64,000 nt of DNA from Chloroflexota bacterium (GTDB taxonomy: Bacteria > Chloroflexota > UBA11872 > VXOZ01), in the NCBI GenBank assembly GCA_964291655.2, contig OZ219802.1:704001-768000 (forward strand), read 5' to 3'. Below, piece by piece: positions 10,224-19,574 of this stretch. The notes below the pieces were generated by a model. That model saw only the letters and a list, made by a program, of their open reading frames with translations. It searched no databases and had not been told where the DNA came from. Each line of letters opens with the position of its first letter. Position 1 is the first letter of the stretch. The position numbers and the translations under genes are program-made.

Positions 10224-10583
10224 TGGCAGTATCCCTTCCTGCTCGCGTACCTTACCACCATGTATTCCGCTAGAATCAGCTCTCTGACAACCGAGGCCGC
10301 TTCTAGTTTAGGAGTATCCAAGAATCGGCCATTAGCAATAACGCCGCTATGGTGGCAACTGGGGCATTATAGCGAACATTGTGAATGCTGTCACGTGGAG
10401 AGCACCTAAGACAGAATGCTACTACTGCTAACAGGCATAGACCCATTGTTTGGGCACAAGCCGGCCGGATTCTGCACCGCTTTGACCTTGTGCAGGCAGC
10501 GTGCTGTTGCCGCATACATGTTAGAAAGGCCCCTCACAACAGCGTGTTAGGCTCGTGAATACGCCAGTCGCAACTTAAGCTAC

Positions 10584-10618
10584 GGAGGCGGAGAATCCCA
10601 TGTGGATTCTCCGCCTCC
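10584..10618 (-). terminator. Strong hairpin, probable terminator downstream of the solute-binding protein gene
   Basis: ggaggcggagaatcc-catgt-ggattctccgcctcc, 15-bp perfect stem, 22 nt after the stop at 10641. Confidence 0.7.
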
Positions 10619-10640
10619 ATCATATGCACGTACGAACAGA

Positions 10641-11993
10641 CTACTGGATGCAGCCGCCTTCGGCCAGCCAGTTCTCCAACTGTCCCTGGGTGCGATCCAA
10701 AGCTTCAGGCACAGTGAGGCTGCCCTCTACCAACTCTGCCCACGTCTCCGACCAAGCAGCATTGAAATCAGCCTGCTTGAGGATAGTGGGGGTGATGCGG
10801 CTATTTGCAGCCTGCATCAGGTAGACGTCGACATCTTCATAGTCGGTGGTTGTGGCCGGCGTAATGTTCTTGTTGGCCACATAGCGCCCACCGCCCATGG
10901 CTCCGACCTCGTCAACAACGTCGGCGCTGACCGTGTGCTTCAGGAACTCCCAGCCGCCGTCGGGGTTCACGCCGGAACCGCCAAGATACATGGCATTATT
11001 CGCCAATGCGACGGGACGTCCGGCGGGGCCGCTCGGCATCGGCGCCATGCCGATCTCAAAGAGCTGCTCCGGTGTGATGTTGGCTTCAAACGTGCGGACG
11101 TTAAAGGAGCCGGTATTGAACATAGCCTGGGTGCCCTTGATATAGGAGCCGCCCATCACCTTGTGTTTCAGCGCCACGTCCACGTGGAACTGTACCGCGT
11201 CGCGGAAGGAGTCGGTCGTAAAGGTGGGCATTGTGCAGCCCTCATCCCAGAAATCGGCGCCATACGCCCAGGCGTACATGCAGAGGTAGGAAGTGAAACC
11301 AGCATAAAGCTGCACGCCGCCCTGCACGATCTCGTCGCCTTCAACCTTGGTCAGCAGCTTTGCAGCCTCCAGGAGCGCTTCCCAGGTCCACGCGCCATCC
11401 GCTTCCATCTCGGTCGGGTTCTGAAGGCCGGCTTCGGTGAAGAGATTCTTGTTGAACCAGATCTCTTTGCCGTTGCTGAACCAAGCCAAGCCGTAGGTCT
11501 TACCCTGATACCGCTCTTTGGTGGCATCGTAGAAGTCATCAGGTGAAACGTCCCCATCCGCAGCCAGGTAGGGATCGATGTTTGTGATGATCTCAGACTC
11601 GATAAACGGGCCCAACCACGCAAAATAGCCGTAAATGGCGTCAAATGCGATACCGCCCGCTTGCGCCGCACCAGCCTTAGCGGGAAGTTCGCCAAAACTT
11701 GTACCCGTTACGGTGAGTTCCAGGTCCGGATGCTTGGCCTTGTACGTATCGAAAATGCTGCCCCAGGAGTTCTGCCAGATTTCATTCTGGGCCAGGTCGA
11801 CGTGCAAGTAATTGACAACCTTGGCCTCCATGGCCTCGGCTTCTTTGGCAGCCTCTTTCGGCTCCTCTTTCATCTCTTCTTCGGCCGGAGCCTCTTCCAC
11901 CATCTGCGCCTGTCCGCAGGCTGCCAAGAGCAGTCCCGCGCCAGCCAGCGCACTTCCGCCGAGAAATGTCCGGCGGGATAAACCTTTTCGCAT
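10641..11993 (-). CDS. Extracellular solute-binding lipoprotein (carbohydrate ABC family 1), Tat signal
   Basis: SRRTFL Tat motif, LAAC lipobox, acidic linker, FNKNLF..AGL..P, WTWE, PMPSGP. Confidence 0.88.
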   Translation of the reverse strand: MRKGLSRRTFLGGSALAGAGLLLAACGQAQMVEEAPAEEEMKEEPKEAAKEAEAMEAKVVNYLHVDLAQNEIWQNSWGSIFDTYKAKHPDLELTVTGTSFGELPAKAGAAQAGGIAFDAIYGYFAWLGPFIESEIITNIDPYLAADGDVSPDDFYDATKERYQGKTYGLAWFSNGKEIWFNKNLFTEAGLQNPTEMEADGAWTWEALLEAAKLLTKVEGDEIVQGGVQLYAGFTSYLCMYAWAYGADFWDEGCTMPTFTTDSFRDAVQFHVDVALKHKVMGGSYIKGTQAMFNTGSFNVRTFEANITPEQLFEIGMAPMPSGPAGRPVALANNAMYLGGSGVNPDGGWEFLKHTVSADVVDEVGAMGGGRYVANKNITPATTTDYEDVDVYLMQAANSRITPTILKQADFNAAWSETWAELVEGSLTVPEALDRTQGQLENWLAEGGCIQ

Positions 11994-12112
11994 GCTCGAC
12001 CTCCTATTGCCGCATACGCTTCCCCTGTTGGCTTTTCAACCCTGAAAACAGAGGATCAGTCCCTATCTCATTAGGGCGCTCCACGCTACAAATGCACGAA
12101 TGGGAATCCCCC

Positions 12113-12155
12113 ATCCTTGCTGTGCAAGGATAGTCTAAGCTAATACCGTAGTCAA
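12113..12155 (-). promoter_or_regulatory. Sigma70-like promoter of the solute-binding protein gene with overlapping inverted repeat
   Basis: Minus strand TTGACT-17 nt-TATCCT (12155-12127); palindrome atccttgc-tgt-gcaaggat at 12113-12131. Confidence 0.55.
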
Positions 12156-12250
12156 GTGCCTAAAGAGCGATTTTCACATCTAATGTGCGTACGCAATTGA
12201 GGAGTGAATTCCCAGCAAAGAAGCGCCTTCGACCAGGCACGAAAACCGCT

Positions 12251-12604
12251 CTACCGCTTGCGAGGTTTGTCCAAGTCCCACTCTGCCCGCTGGAATTCTG
12301 CTCGCCGCAACCTGACCCGCCAGAGCCTCACCCAGAAGAGCCCAAGCGGGAGGAGAAGCGCGACTATCGCGGCAGGCGCCATCCAATGGGTGCCGATGAC
12401 GAAGATGAGCGATTCCTCGGCACTAAAGAAGAAGAGAATTGCGCCGCCAATGAAGAGCTTGATGAGAATCAGCGACCAGATAAGGATCCAGCCCGGCACC
12501 GGGCTTTCATCAATGGTTGGCTCGATGAGTTCCCGCGGACGTTCCGTGAGAAGTCGCCACACGTACTTGCCTGCACCACGCTGTCCAGCCAATTGCCGTT
12601 TCAT
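12251..12604 (-). CDS. Hypothetical membrane protein
   Basis: 117-aa ORF with two hydrophobic segments and a basic C-terminus. Confidence 0.6.
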   Translation of the reverse strand: MKRQLAGQRGAGKYVWRLLTERPRELIEPTIDESPVPGWILIWSLILIKLFIGGAILFFFSAEESLIFVIGTHWMAPAAIVALLLPLGLFWVRLWRVRLRRAEFQRAEWDLDKPRKR

Positions 12605-12781
12605 AGTGTCTGATTATACCGCATTGGATCGCGACAACCAGTGCGTAATGCCTCCCTCGGGGACTATTGATGCGAAGGGCTCTAATTCAGGGGGCAGTTC
12701 GCGAGAAAACTCTTGAAGCGTGCCAGCGCCCATTCCGCCTCAGGGTCTGCTGGTCTATAATTAAAGGTAGCAGGGCTTGTT

Positions 12782-12854
12782 GCGGGAGTAGCTCAGTTGG
12801 CAGAGCGCTAGCCTTCCAAGCTGGATGTCGCGGGTTCGAGTCCCGTCTCCCGCT
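12782..12854 (+). tRNA. tRNA-Gly (TCC)
   Basis: GCGGGAG acceptor stem, AGCTCAGTTGG D-arm, anticodon loop CTTCCAA, GGTTCGAGTCCC T-arm; TATAAT at about 12756; CCA not fully encoded. Confidence 0.97.
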
Positions 12855-12932
12855 CCCTCCGTTACTCGCCATTCTCTTTCTGGCTTGAACTTGCTTTCTT
12901 TTGTTGTCTCGTTGCGTTCCGACGGCTCGCGA

Positions 12933-13098
12933 GAATGTAGCTTGCATAAGGGAACTCTCCGGCTCGTTGCCACGGACCGGCCCCGGCTCAAGAGCCCAAG
13001 GGAATGACAGCCCCGACGCATCGGTGAAGGGTTGGCTGCGAACGGGCACCAGTCAAATGGGGATCGTCACCCCTGCGAATAAGCAAAGTACCGCATTC
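12933..13098 (+). ncRNA. Candidate structured non-coding RNA (unassigned)
   Basis: Hand folding gives a long irregular closing stem plus two internal hairpins, with G-U pairs only on the + strand; no convincing ORF. Confidence 0.4.
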
Positions 13099-13245
13099 CA
13101 ATGAACAAAGGAGGGTCAATGTAAAGCAAAGCGCGCAGGATAGACGTGGTTTATTGCCCCGTTGACGGCTTGTTTTCCGCTCAGCACAACGGGATTCCGT
13201 ACGAATGCACACACCAAACTTTCAATCAAGAGGAGATTGCCTTTT

Positions 13246-13602
13246 ATGCCCAATCCGATCGTGCATTTTGAAATTGTCGGTTCCGATAGCGCCAAGACCC
13301 AACAATTCTACACCGAGCTCTTTGACTGGACCATAGACTCCGATAATCCGATGGACTATGGGGTGGTGAATACGGGGAGTGACCGCGGCATTGGCGGCGG
13401 CATCTTGGGCGTGGAAGAGGAGGATGATCGCACCGGAGTGAAGCTCTACATCGAGGTTGACGATCTGCAGGCCTACCTTGACAAGGCGGAGCAATTGGGT
13501 GGGAAGACCATCCTGCCGCCAACCGTAATCCCCGATATGGTGACTTTCGCGTTGTTTGCCGATCCGGACGGCACCTTGATTGGTCTCGTCAAAGGCGAGT
13601 AG
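13246..13602 (+). CDS. VOC/glyoxalase family protein
   Basis: PIVHFEI...FYTELFDW...GIGGGI...LYIEVDDL...FADPDG; gaggag RBS. Confidence 0.92.
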   Translation: MPNPIVHFEIVGSDSAKTQQFYTELFDWTIDSDNPMDYGVVNTGSDRGIGGGILGVEEEDDRTGVKLYIEVDDLQAYLDKAEQLGGKTILPPTVIPDMVTFALFADPDGTLIGLVKGE

Positions 13603-13628
13603 GTCTCTGGTTTCGTCTCGAGAAATAG

Positions 13629-13662
13629 GAGCGGTGCGGCGGATTTCTCCGCCGCACCGCTC
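13629..13662. terminator. Bidirectional terminator hairpin between convergent genes
   Basis: gagcggtgcggcgga-tttc-tccgccgcaccgctc, perfect 15-bp stem. Confidence 0.75.
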
Positions 13663-13729
13663 TCCTTAATCTTGACCGCGCGATACGGCAATTTGGCGAA
13701 TGCCGCGGCAAGAGAATCCTGCGATTCAA

Positions 13730-14812
13730 CTACTCCCAGCGGAAGAAGCGCCATGAGAGCAGCGCCGAGGCAACCATGAAGAGCAATAAGACACCCATAC
13801 CTTGCAGCATGGTCGCGTACGGCGTGGCATCCACCATAACTTGCCGCAGAATGTCAGCGAGGTAGGTGAGGGGGAGCACAACGGCGACCGGACGCAAGAA
13901 TTCCGGCATGAAGTCCAGCGGAAAGAGCGCGCCGGAAAGGAACATCATGGGAAAGTTCACCATTTGTACGATGGCAATCAGCGCTTCCGCACTGGGCGCC
14001 AACGCACCCAAGAGAAAGCCCAGCGCAATGAACGCCAGCGTGCCGAAAACGACGATGCCGATGATGGCGGGCCACGACCCCACAACCTGAATTCGGAAGA
14101 GCGCCAGCGCGACACCCAGCAAAATACCCGTCTGCACTAATGCAATGGCGAGCCGGACGACAATGTTGCTCAGCAAGACCATCCAACGCGAAACCGGGGT
14201 GGCCTGGAGCCGCCGCAGCAGTCGCTGTTGCCGCTGCTCCACCAAGGTGGTGGCGCCAAAGAGCCCAAGCTGAGCCACCGAGAGGGCCAGGATTCCGGGC
14301 GCGATATAGTCGATGGGCCGGAAGTTCTCCGCCTGCACCGAATGTGTTTCTACGGTCACCAGACTCGGTTGCTGGGTAAACTCCCGTTGTACGCCTTCGA
14401 TCACCTGCTGCAAGATAGTCAACGCGGTACCGGCCGACTGCTGCTGGCTTATGTCCATATGGACGCCGATTGTGGCCACTTCGCGCCGCTGCCAGGCAGC
14501 CGAGAGATCTTCGGGAAGTATCACGACCGCGCGCCGATCGCCTCTGCCGAGCGCAGCCAGCTCAGCTTCTTCCGAACCAATCGTCAAATCGAAGAGCTCA
14601 ATTTCTTCGAGCACCTGCGCGATGGTCTGCCCGGCCGGCCCTTGATCTCGCACCACCAATCCCACCGGCATCGAGGCGCTCTCCGACTCACCGAAAGCGG
14701 AGCCGATAATGACCATCAGCACGATGGGGAATACCAGGGTCCAAAAGAGCGCTACCTTGTCACGGCCGAACTGCAGACCGGTGTAGTACGTGAGCGTCCA
14801 TAGGGCCCTCAT
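13730..14812 (-). CDS. ABC-2 type exporter permease
   Basis: Six TM segments with an extracellular domain; PGILAL, FLSGALFP, LPLTY, FFRWE. Confidence 0.9.
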   Translation of the reverse strand: MRALWTLTYYTGLQFGRDKVALFWTLVFPIVLMVIIGSAFGESESASMPVGLVVRDQGPAGQTIAQVLEEIELFDLTIGSEEAELAALGRGDRRAVVILPEDLSAAWQRREVATIGVHMDISQQQSAGTALTILQQVIEGVQREFTQQPSLVTVETHSVQAENFRPIDYIAPGILALSVAQLGLFGATTLVEQRQQRLLRRLQATPVSRWMVLLSNIVVRLAIALVQTGILLGVALALFRIQVVGSWPAIIGIVVFGTLAFIALGFLLGALAPSAEALIAIVQMVNFPMMFLSGALFPLDFMPEFLRPVAVVLPLTYLADILRQVMVDATPYATMLQGMGVLLLFMVASALLSWRFFRWE

Positions 14813-15723
14813 TCGCGGATTTTCCTTCCGGTGAGATGGAGGAATACGTCCTCCAAAGTGCCGCGCTGAATGCGCAAGCTATCCAGACTCAATGCGGACT
14901 CGCCGGATACCTGCAAGAGAGACGCCATAGTCTCACGGATGTTCGTCGTATAGATGGCGGCGGAGCCATGCTTCATGTCGACGTGCGTTACGCCTGACAG
15001 TCCTGCCAGGCTGCTTGCGTCCACGCCATCCATGAGCGCGACTTCAATTGCCCGTTCCGGCACAAATTCGTCCACCAGATCGCGAGGCGTGCCAAGAGCG
15101 AGAATCTTGCCGTGGTCGATGACGGCAACACGCTGGCACAAGACTTCGGCTTCTTCCATATAGTGTGTTGTCAGCAACACGGTCTTGCCCTGATTGCGCA
15201 TCTGCTCCACGATATCCCAGAGGGCGCGGCGGGCCTGGGGGTCAAGACCGGTTGTGGGCTCATCCAGGAAGACTAAGGCCGGATCGTTGATGAGCGTCAG
15301 CGCCAGTGAGAGCCGTTGTTTCTGACCGCCGGAGAGATGCCGGTACTTGGCCTTGCGCCGCTCCTGCAGCCCCACTAAATCGAGGAGTTCGGCAACCGGC
15401 TTGCTATCGCTGTAGAAGCTGGCAAACAGACGGAGAATCTCTTCTACGCTCAGCAGCGGGAAGAGTTCTGTCTGCTGCAATTGGACGCCGATTTGCGCCT
15501 TGACCGCATCGCCCTCTTGCGCCGGGTCGTATCCCGTCACCTGCACGCGGCCGCCGTCGCGCTCGCGCAGTCCGATGAGGATTTCCACCGTCGTAGTCTT
15601 GCCGGCGCCGTTGGGTCCCAGCAAGCCGAAGACCTCACCCGCTTCCACGGCGAAGCTCAACCCATCCACCGCCCGGAGGTCGCCATAGGACTTTTGCAGG
15701 TTTTCTACGACAATCGCAGCCAA
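14809..15723 (-). CDS. ABC exporter ATP-binding protein
   Basis: GPNGAGKTT, LSGGQKQR, LDEPTTGLD, TTHYMEEA; start uncertain (TTG 15723 or 15750). Confidence 0.92.
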   Translation of the reverse strand: MAAIVVENLQKSYGDLRAVDGLSFAVEAGEVFGLLGPNGAGKTTTVEILIGLRERDGGRVQVTGYDPAQEGDAVKAQIGVQLQQTELFPLLSVEEILRLFASFYSDSKPVAELLDLVGLQERRKAKYRHLSGGQKQRLSLALTLINDPALVFLDEPTTGLDPQARRALWDIVEQMRNQGKTVLLTTHYMEEAEVLCQRVAVIDHGKILALGTPRDLVDEFVPERAIEVALMDGVDASSLAGLSGVTHVDMKHGSAAIYTTNIRETMASLLQVSGESALSLDSLRIQRGTLEDVFLHLTGRKIRE

Positions 15724-16113
15724 CAGGTGTCCCTTGCATTCCTTTGCCAAGACACTCCAGGAATCATACCATGCAAGGTTAACATTTACAAATCTCGCTC
15801 AAGAGACATTCAGAACTCCAATTGTTCGCATTGAACATGCTATCATCACAGGTTCACGTTTCACACAATCACGCATGTCTTGTACAAGACGCGAGCATGC
15901 GCCGTGCCGGATACCAAGTACGCAGAACCGGCAGGCGGCGTCAATAATGCTAATGACACCAAAACCCTCGCTAGTCGAAGCGCGAGGCCCCGCGCCATCC
16001 GCTCGGCTTTCAGCGGACACGACCCCGGTCCGAGAATTACATTCCATGCTTGATGGATATATAATCGCCATGGGACGACACACATCAGCATTCAACTCGT
16101 GGGAGGAACACCC

Positions 16114-16989
16114 GTGGTCATAGACGCCCATCATCATCTCGGTCAGGAAAAAGACTACGCCGACAAACTCATCGACACGATGGCCAAGCTCGGCGTAGAC
16201 AAGACGGTACTGCTGGCGACTAGCACCAGTGGGCCGGGCAGCAGCAACGAGGGAATTGAGCAGGCTATCAAGAAACACCCGGACGAACTCGTTGGATTCG
16301 GCTGGGTGGACCCGGCCCTAGACTCCAACGCCGTGGATACGGTGCAGCAGCTCTACGACAGCGGCTTCAGAGGCCTAAAGTTTATCAAGACGCGCAAAGC
16401 CTATGACGACCGCTCCTACATTCCCACCTATCAGAAAGCCGCCGACCTGGAAATGCCCATTCTCTTTCATCAAGGTATCGTCGCCCGGCACGCCAATGAC
16501 ATAGAGAACGACGTTCACTCCGGTCGCATGATGCCGGTGCATCTGGACTACATTGCCCGCCAGGTTCCTGAACTCGTCATGATCGGCGCCCATCTTGGCA
16601 ACCCCTGGTGGTATGAAGGCGGCATGGTACTGCGCTGGAATCCCAACCTTTACATGGACATCACCGGCTCGACGTTGAAAATGCTGGACCCGGAAGACGT
16701 GGGCAAGATCCTGTGGTGGCGCCGCGACAGCCAGTATCGCGATCCCTGGGGACGCGACGCCTGGGAAAAGATCATCTTTGGCACCGACGTGCCGTACTTC
16801 CTCATGGAAGACGTGATGAACGACTACCGCAACTGCATGGACGTGCTCGGCGTACCGCCCGACATCCAGCAGGGCGTATGGGGTAACACCATGGAAAAGA
16901 TCTTGAGCTACGAACTCTCCGAAAAGCACCGCCCGTTTGATGATAGTGGCGGCCACTACCCCCACGCCATACCGCAAGATGACAAGTGA
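16114..16989 (+). CDS. Amidohydrolase_2 family protein
   Basis: IDAHHH, GLKF, ILFHQG, GAHLG, FGTDVP; ggagg RBS. Confidence 0.88.
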   Translation: MVIDAHHHLGQEKDYADKLIDTMAKLGVDKTVLLATSTSGPGSSNEGIEQAIKKHPDELVGFGWVDPALDSNAVDTVQQLYDSGFRGLKFIKTRKAYDDRSYIPTYQKAADLEMPILFHQGIVARHANDIENDVHSGRMMPVHLDYIARQVPELVMIGAHLGNPWWYEGGMVLRWNPNLYMDITGSTLKMLDPEDVGKILWWRRDSQYRDPWGRDAWEKIIFGTDVPYFLMEDVMNDYRNCMDVLGVPPDIQQGVWGNTMEKILSYELSEKHRPFDDSGGHYPHAIPQDDK

Positions 16990-17046
16990 GTTCTGGGCGG
17001 AGCCACGTCCATTTGCTGAGACTCTCTACGCGGCAAGTAGCGTGCC

Positions 17047-18315
17047 GTGAAAAGAGCCGTATCCTCGTTGGGTTCGCTTTTCTACGTCCCGTCAACCGAG
17101 CGGACCTTCCGCCGCAATCTCCTGGTTCTCTTGAGCTGGGAAGGCATGTGGGGATGCGGCCTTGCGTTCGTGGCGCCGCCGGTCATCAACGCGCTTCTCC
17201 TGCAGCTAACTGATTCGCGCACTCTCGTCGGCTTGGTATACCTCGCTCACGTTGCATCACTGCCGGCCCTGATACCGGCCGCCATGCTGAACCAGAGGCT
17301 CCGGACACGGCGTCAACTCATTGCCGGCTTACACGCCGCCATCGGGCTCTTGTTCGCCCTTATGGGCGTGGTGGTATGGTTCCTTTGGCAGCACCCGATG
17401 GCAGCCATCCTTCTGTTGTTCACACTGCTTGCCCTCACGTGGCTGTCATTTGGCGCCGTGATTGCCCCGGCGTTCGAGCTGTTCAGCATACTCTTCGGCC
17501 GGCACTACGGCACCGTAAGCGGCTGGCAATTCTTCGTGCACCGCATATCCGGCGTAGTCGGCGGACTTATCGCAACCTGGCTACTCGCGGCCTGGGCTTG
17601 GCCCGCGAACTTCACGCTGGCATTCGTCCTCGGCGGCATTGTAATCATTTTGAGCAATCTCATCCTATTGCGCATCGCAGAACCGGTCGCGACGCCGCGT
17701 ACGACGTTCAAGTCTCTGCCCGACTATACACGCGCCCTGGTTGATCAAGTTGCGCGTAACCGAGACTTCACCAGGCTGTTGGTGGTGGCTGCTTTGACCG
17801 GTCTCCTTCAATCCGTACTCAACTTCTACTCCGTCTATGCGTTCGATGCGGTAGCCGTGCCGCTGGCTGCAGCGGGGGTGCTGGCTGCCGTAGGCTTTAT
17901 CGCCAGCGCGTTTGGCGCCCTGATCGGCGGCCCAGTTGGGGACAAAAGGGGCCATCGCGCTCTGCTGCGCATTGCGCTCACAGTCTATTTCGTTTCCCTG
18001 CTTCTACTGCTGCCTGCCTGGCAGCCGGCATTCTACGCGGCCTGGATACTCGGCAACGCTGCCCTCTTTGCCATGATGATCGCGCGCATCAATCTGGCCA
18101 TGGACCTCGCCCCCGCCGGTGACAAAGGGACGTACACAATGGTTGTGTACTTAGTTGCACAGCCAGCCCTCGGCTTCTCCTCCGTGGGGGCGGGAGCGAT
18201 CATCGATCTTGCCGGATACCTGCCCTTCTTTGCGGTAACTCTCGTACTCACGCTGCTGGCTTTCGGCATCACGTTCTCTTTCCAAGACCCACGGCTTGTC
18301 CCCGAATCTCGGTGA
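17047..18315 (+). CDS. MFS transporter
   Basis: About 12 TM segments; GPVGDKRGHR motif-A-like loop. Confidence 0.85.
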   Translation: MKRAVSSLGSLFYVPSTERTFRRNLLVLLSWEGMWGCGLAFVAPPVINALLLQLTDSRTLVGLVYLAHVASLPALIPAAMLNQRLRTRRQLIAGLHAAIGLLFALMGVVVWFLWQHPMAAILLLFTLLALTWLSFGAVIAPAFELFSILFGRHYGTVSGWQFFVHRISGVVGGLIATWLLAAWAWPANFTLAFVLGGIVIILSNLILLRIAEPVATPRTTFKSLPDYTRALVDQVARNRDFTRLLVVAALTGLLQSVLNFYSVYAFDAVAVPLAAAGVLAAVGFIASAFGALIGGPVGDKRGHRALLRIALTVYFVSLLLLLPAWQPAFYAAWILGNAALFAMMIARINLAMDLAPAGDKGTYTMVVYLVAQPALGFSSVGAGAIIDLAGYLPFFAVTLVLTLLAFGITFSFQDPRLVPESR

Positions 18316-18464
18316 AAGCAATTCGAACGAACTGGTTGGAGCTGGAACACCAGCATTCAAATTCCCCAAGCAAAGTGGCCAAGAGCGAGAAGCAGTATAA
18401 TCTTGAGCGTACTCCGACAAGCGGCACACGCATGCCATACAAAAAAGAGACTGGGAGCATCAGC

Positions 18465-19352
18465 ATGGAAACGCGCAGACTCGGCCAAACCGACATGGAC
18501 GTGAGTTTGCTGGGGTTTGGCGCGGCGCGCATCGCCACCGATACGGGCTCGCCTGCGGAGGCCGAGCGCCTGCTCAACGCGCTCCTCGACAACGGCGTCA
18601 ACTACATCGACACCGCGGAATGCTACGGCGCAAGCGAGGAGACCCTCGGCAAATTCATCAGTCACCGCCGCGATGAGTATTGGCTCACCACCAAGTGCGG
18701 GCACGTCGCAGGCGACATCACCGCGCCGGAGTGGACGGCAGAGGCGGTGACGCAGAGCATCGACCAATCGCTGCGCCGCATGCGAACAGAATATCTTGAC
18801 CTTGTCCACATCCACACCTGCGAGAGTGACGTTCTGCGCCAAGGCGATGTGGTGCGCACCCTGCAGGACGCCCAAGCAGCCGGCAAGACCCGCTACATCG
18901 GCTTTAGCGGCGACAACGAGGTGGCGGTGGAAGCCATCGACATGGGTGTCTTTGCCACTCTGCTGACGTCGTTCAATGTGGTCGACCAGAGTGGGTTGGA
19001 TGAGGTTCTGCCCGCTGCTGAAGCCGCCGGCATGGGCATCATTGCCAAGCGCCCTATCGCCAACGCTGCATTCAACCGGCCTGCCTCGCCGTACAGCTAC
19101 GCCGACGAATACTGGCAGCGCGCGCAGCGCTTCACGCTGCCGGACGGCGCGCCGGCAGACGGCGTGGCGCTGGCGCTGCGCTTCTGCCACTCATTCGACT
19201 ACATCGATACGGCCATCGTCGGCATAGACAGTCTTGACCAACTGCGCAGCAATATCGCGCAGGTCGCGGCCGGGCCTTTACCCTCGTCCGTACTAACGTC
19301 ATTGAGAGAGCAATTCAGAGAACACGGCCAAGACTGGTCACAGCTAATGTAA
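18465..19352 (+). CDS. Aldo/keto reductase
   Basis: RRLGQTDMDVSLLGFG, IDTAECYGASE, TKCG, SLRRMRTEYLDLVHIH, GKTRYIGFS. Confidence 0.92.
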   Translation: METRRLGQTDMDVSLLGFGAARIATDTGSPAEAERLLNALLDNGVNYIDTAECYGASEETLGKFISHRRDEYWLTTKCGHVAGDITAPEWTAEAVTQSIDQSLRRMRTEYLDLVHIHTCESDVLRQGDVVRTLQDAQAAGKTRYIGFSGDNEVAVEAIDMGVFATLLTSFNVVDQSGLDEVLPAAEAAGMGIIAKRPIANAAFNRPASPYSYADEYWQRAQRFTLPDGAPADGVALALRFCHSFDYIDTAIVGIDSLDQLRSNIAQVAAGPLPSSVLTSLREQFREHGQDWSQLM

Positions 19353-19512
19353 AAGAATTTCTGCGCCTTCGCGGAGTTTAATTTGCAGTAGTTCCTCAAC
19401 CAAGGCTCATCCGTTGTTAGGCGGCTACCGATCGTGCTGAGGGGGCTTTGCGAAGACCGTGCCGAAGCATGCACGGTGTTGCGAACCGTAATTCCTGCTC
19501 CCTTGAGCGGCT

Positions 19513-19560
19513 CTTCGACAGGCTCAGAGCCTGCCCCGAACTTGATTTAAGAGCGAGCGG
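19513..19560. repeat. CTTCGACAGGCTCAG-family REP with a 24-nt insert
   Basis: cttcgacaggctcaga[gcctgccccgaacttgatttaaga]gcgagcgg. Confidence 0.65.
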
Positions 19561-19574
19561 ATGACAGTGCCCAA

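Noticed and set aside
12782-12854. tRNA-Gly or the tRNA-Ser genes as integration sites for a genomic island
   Set aside because: No integrase and no duplicated tRNA 3' end found in the window
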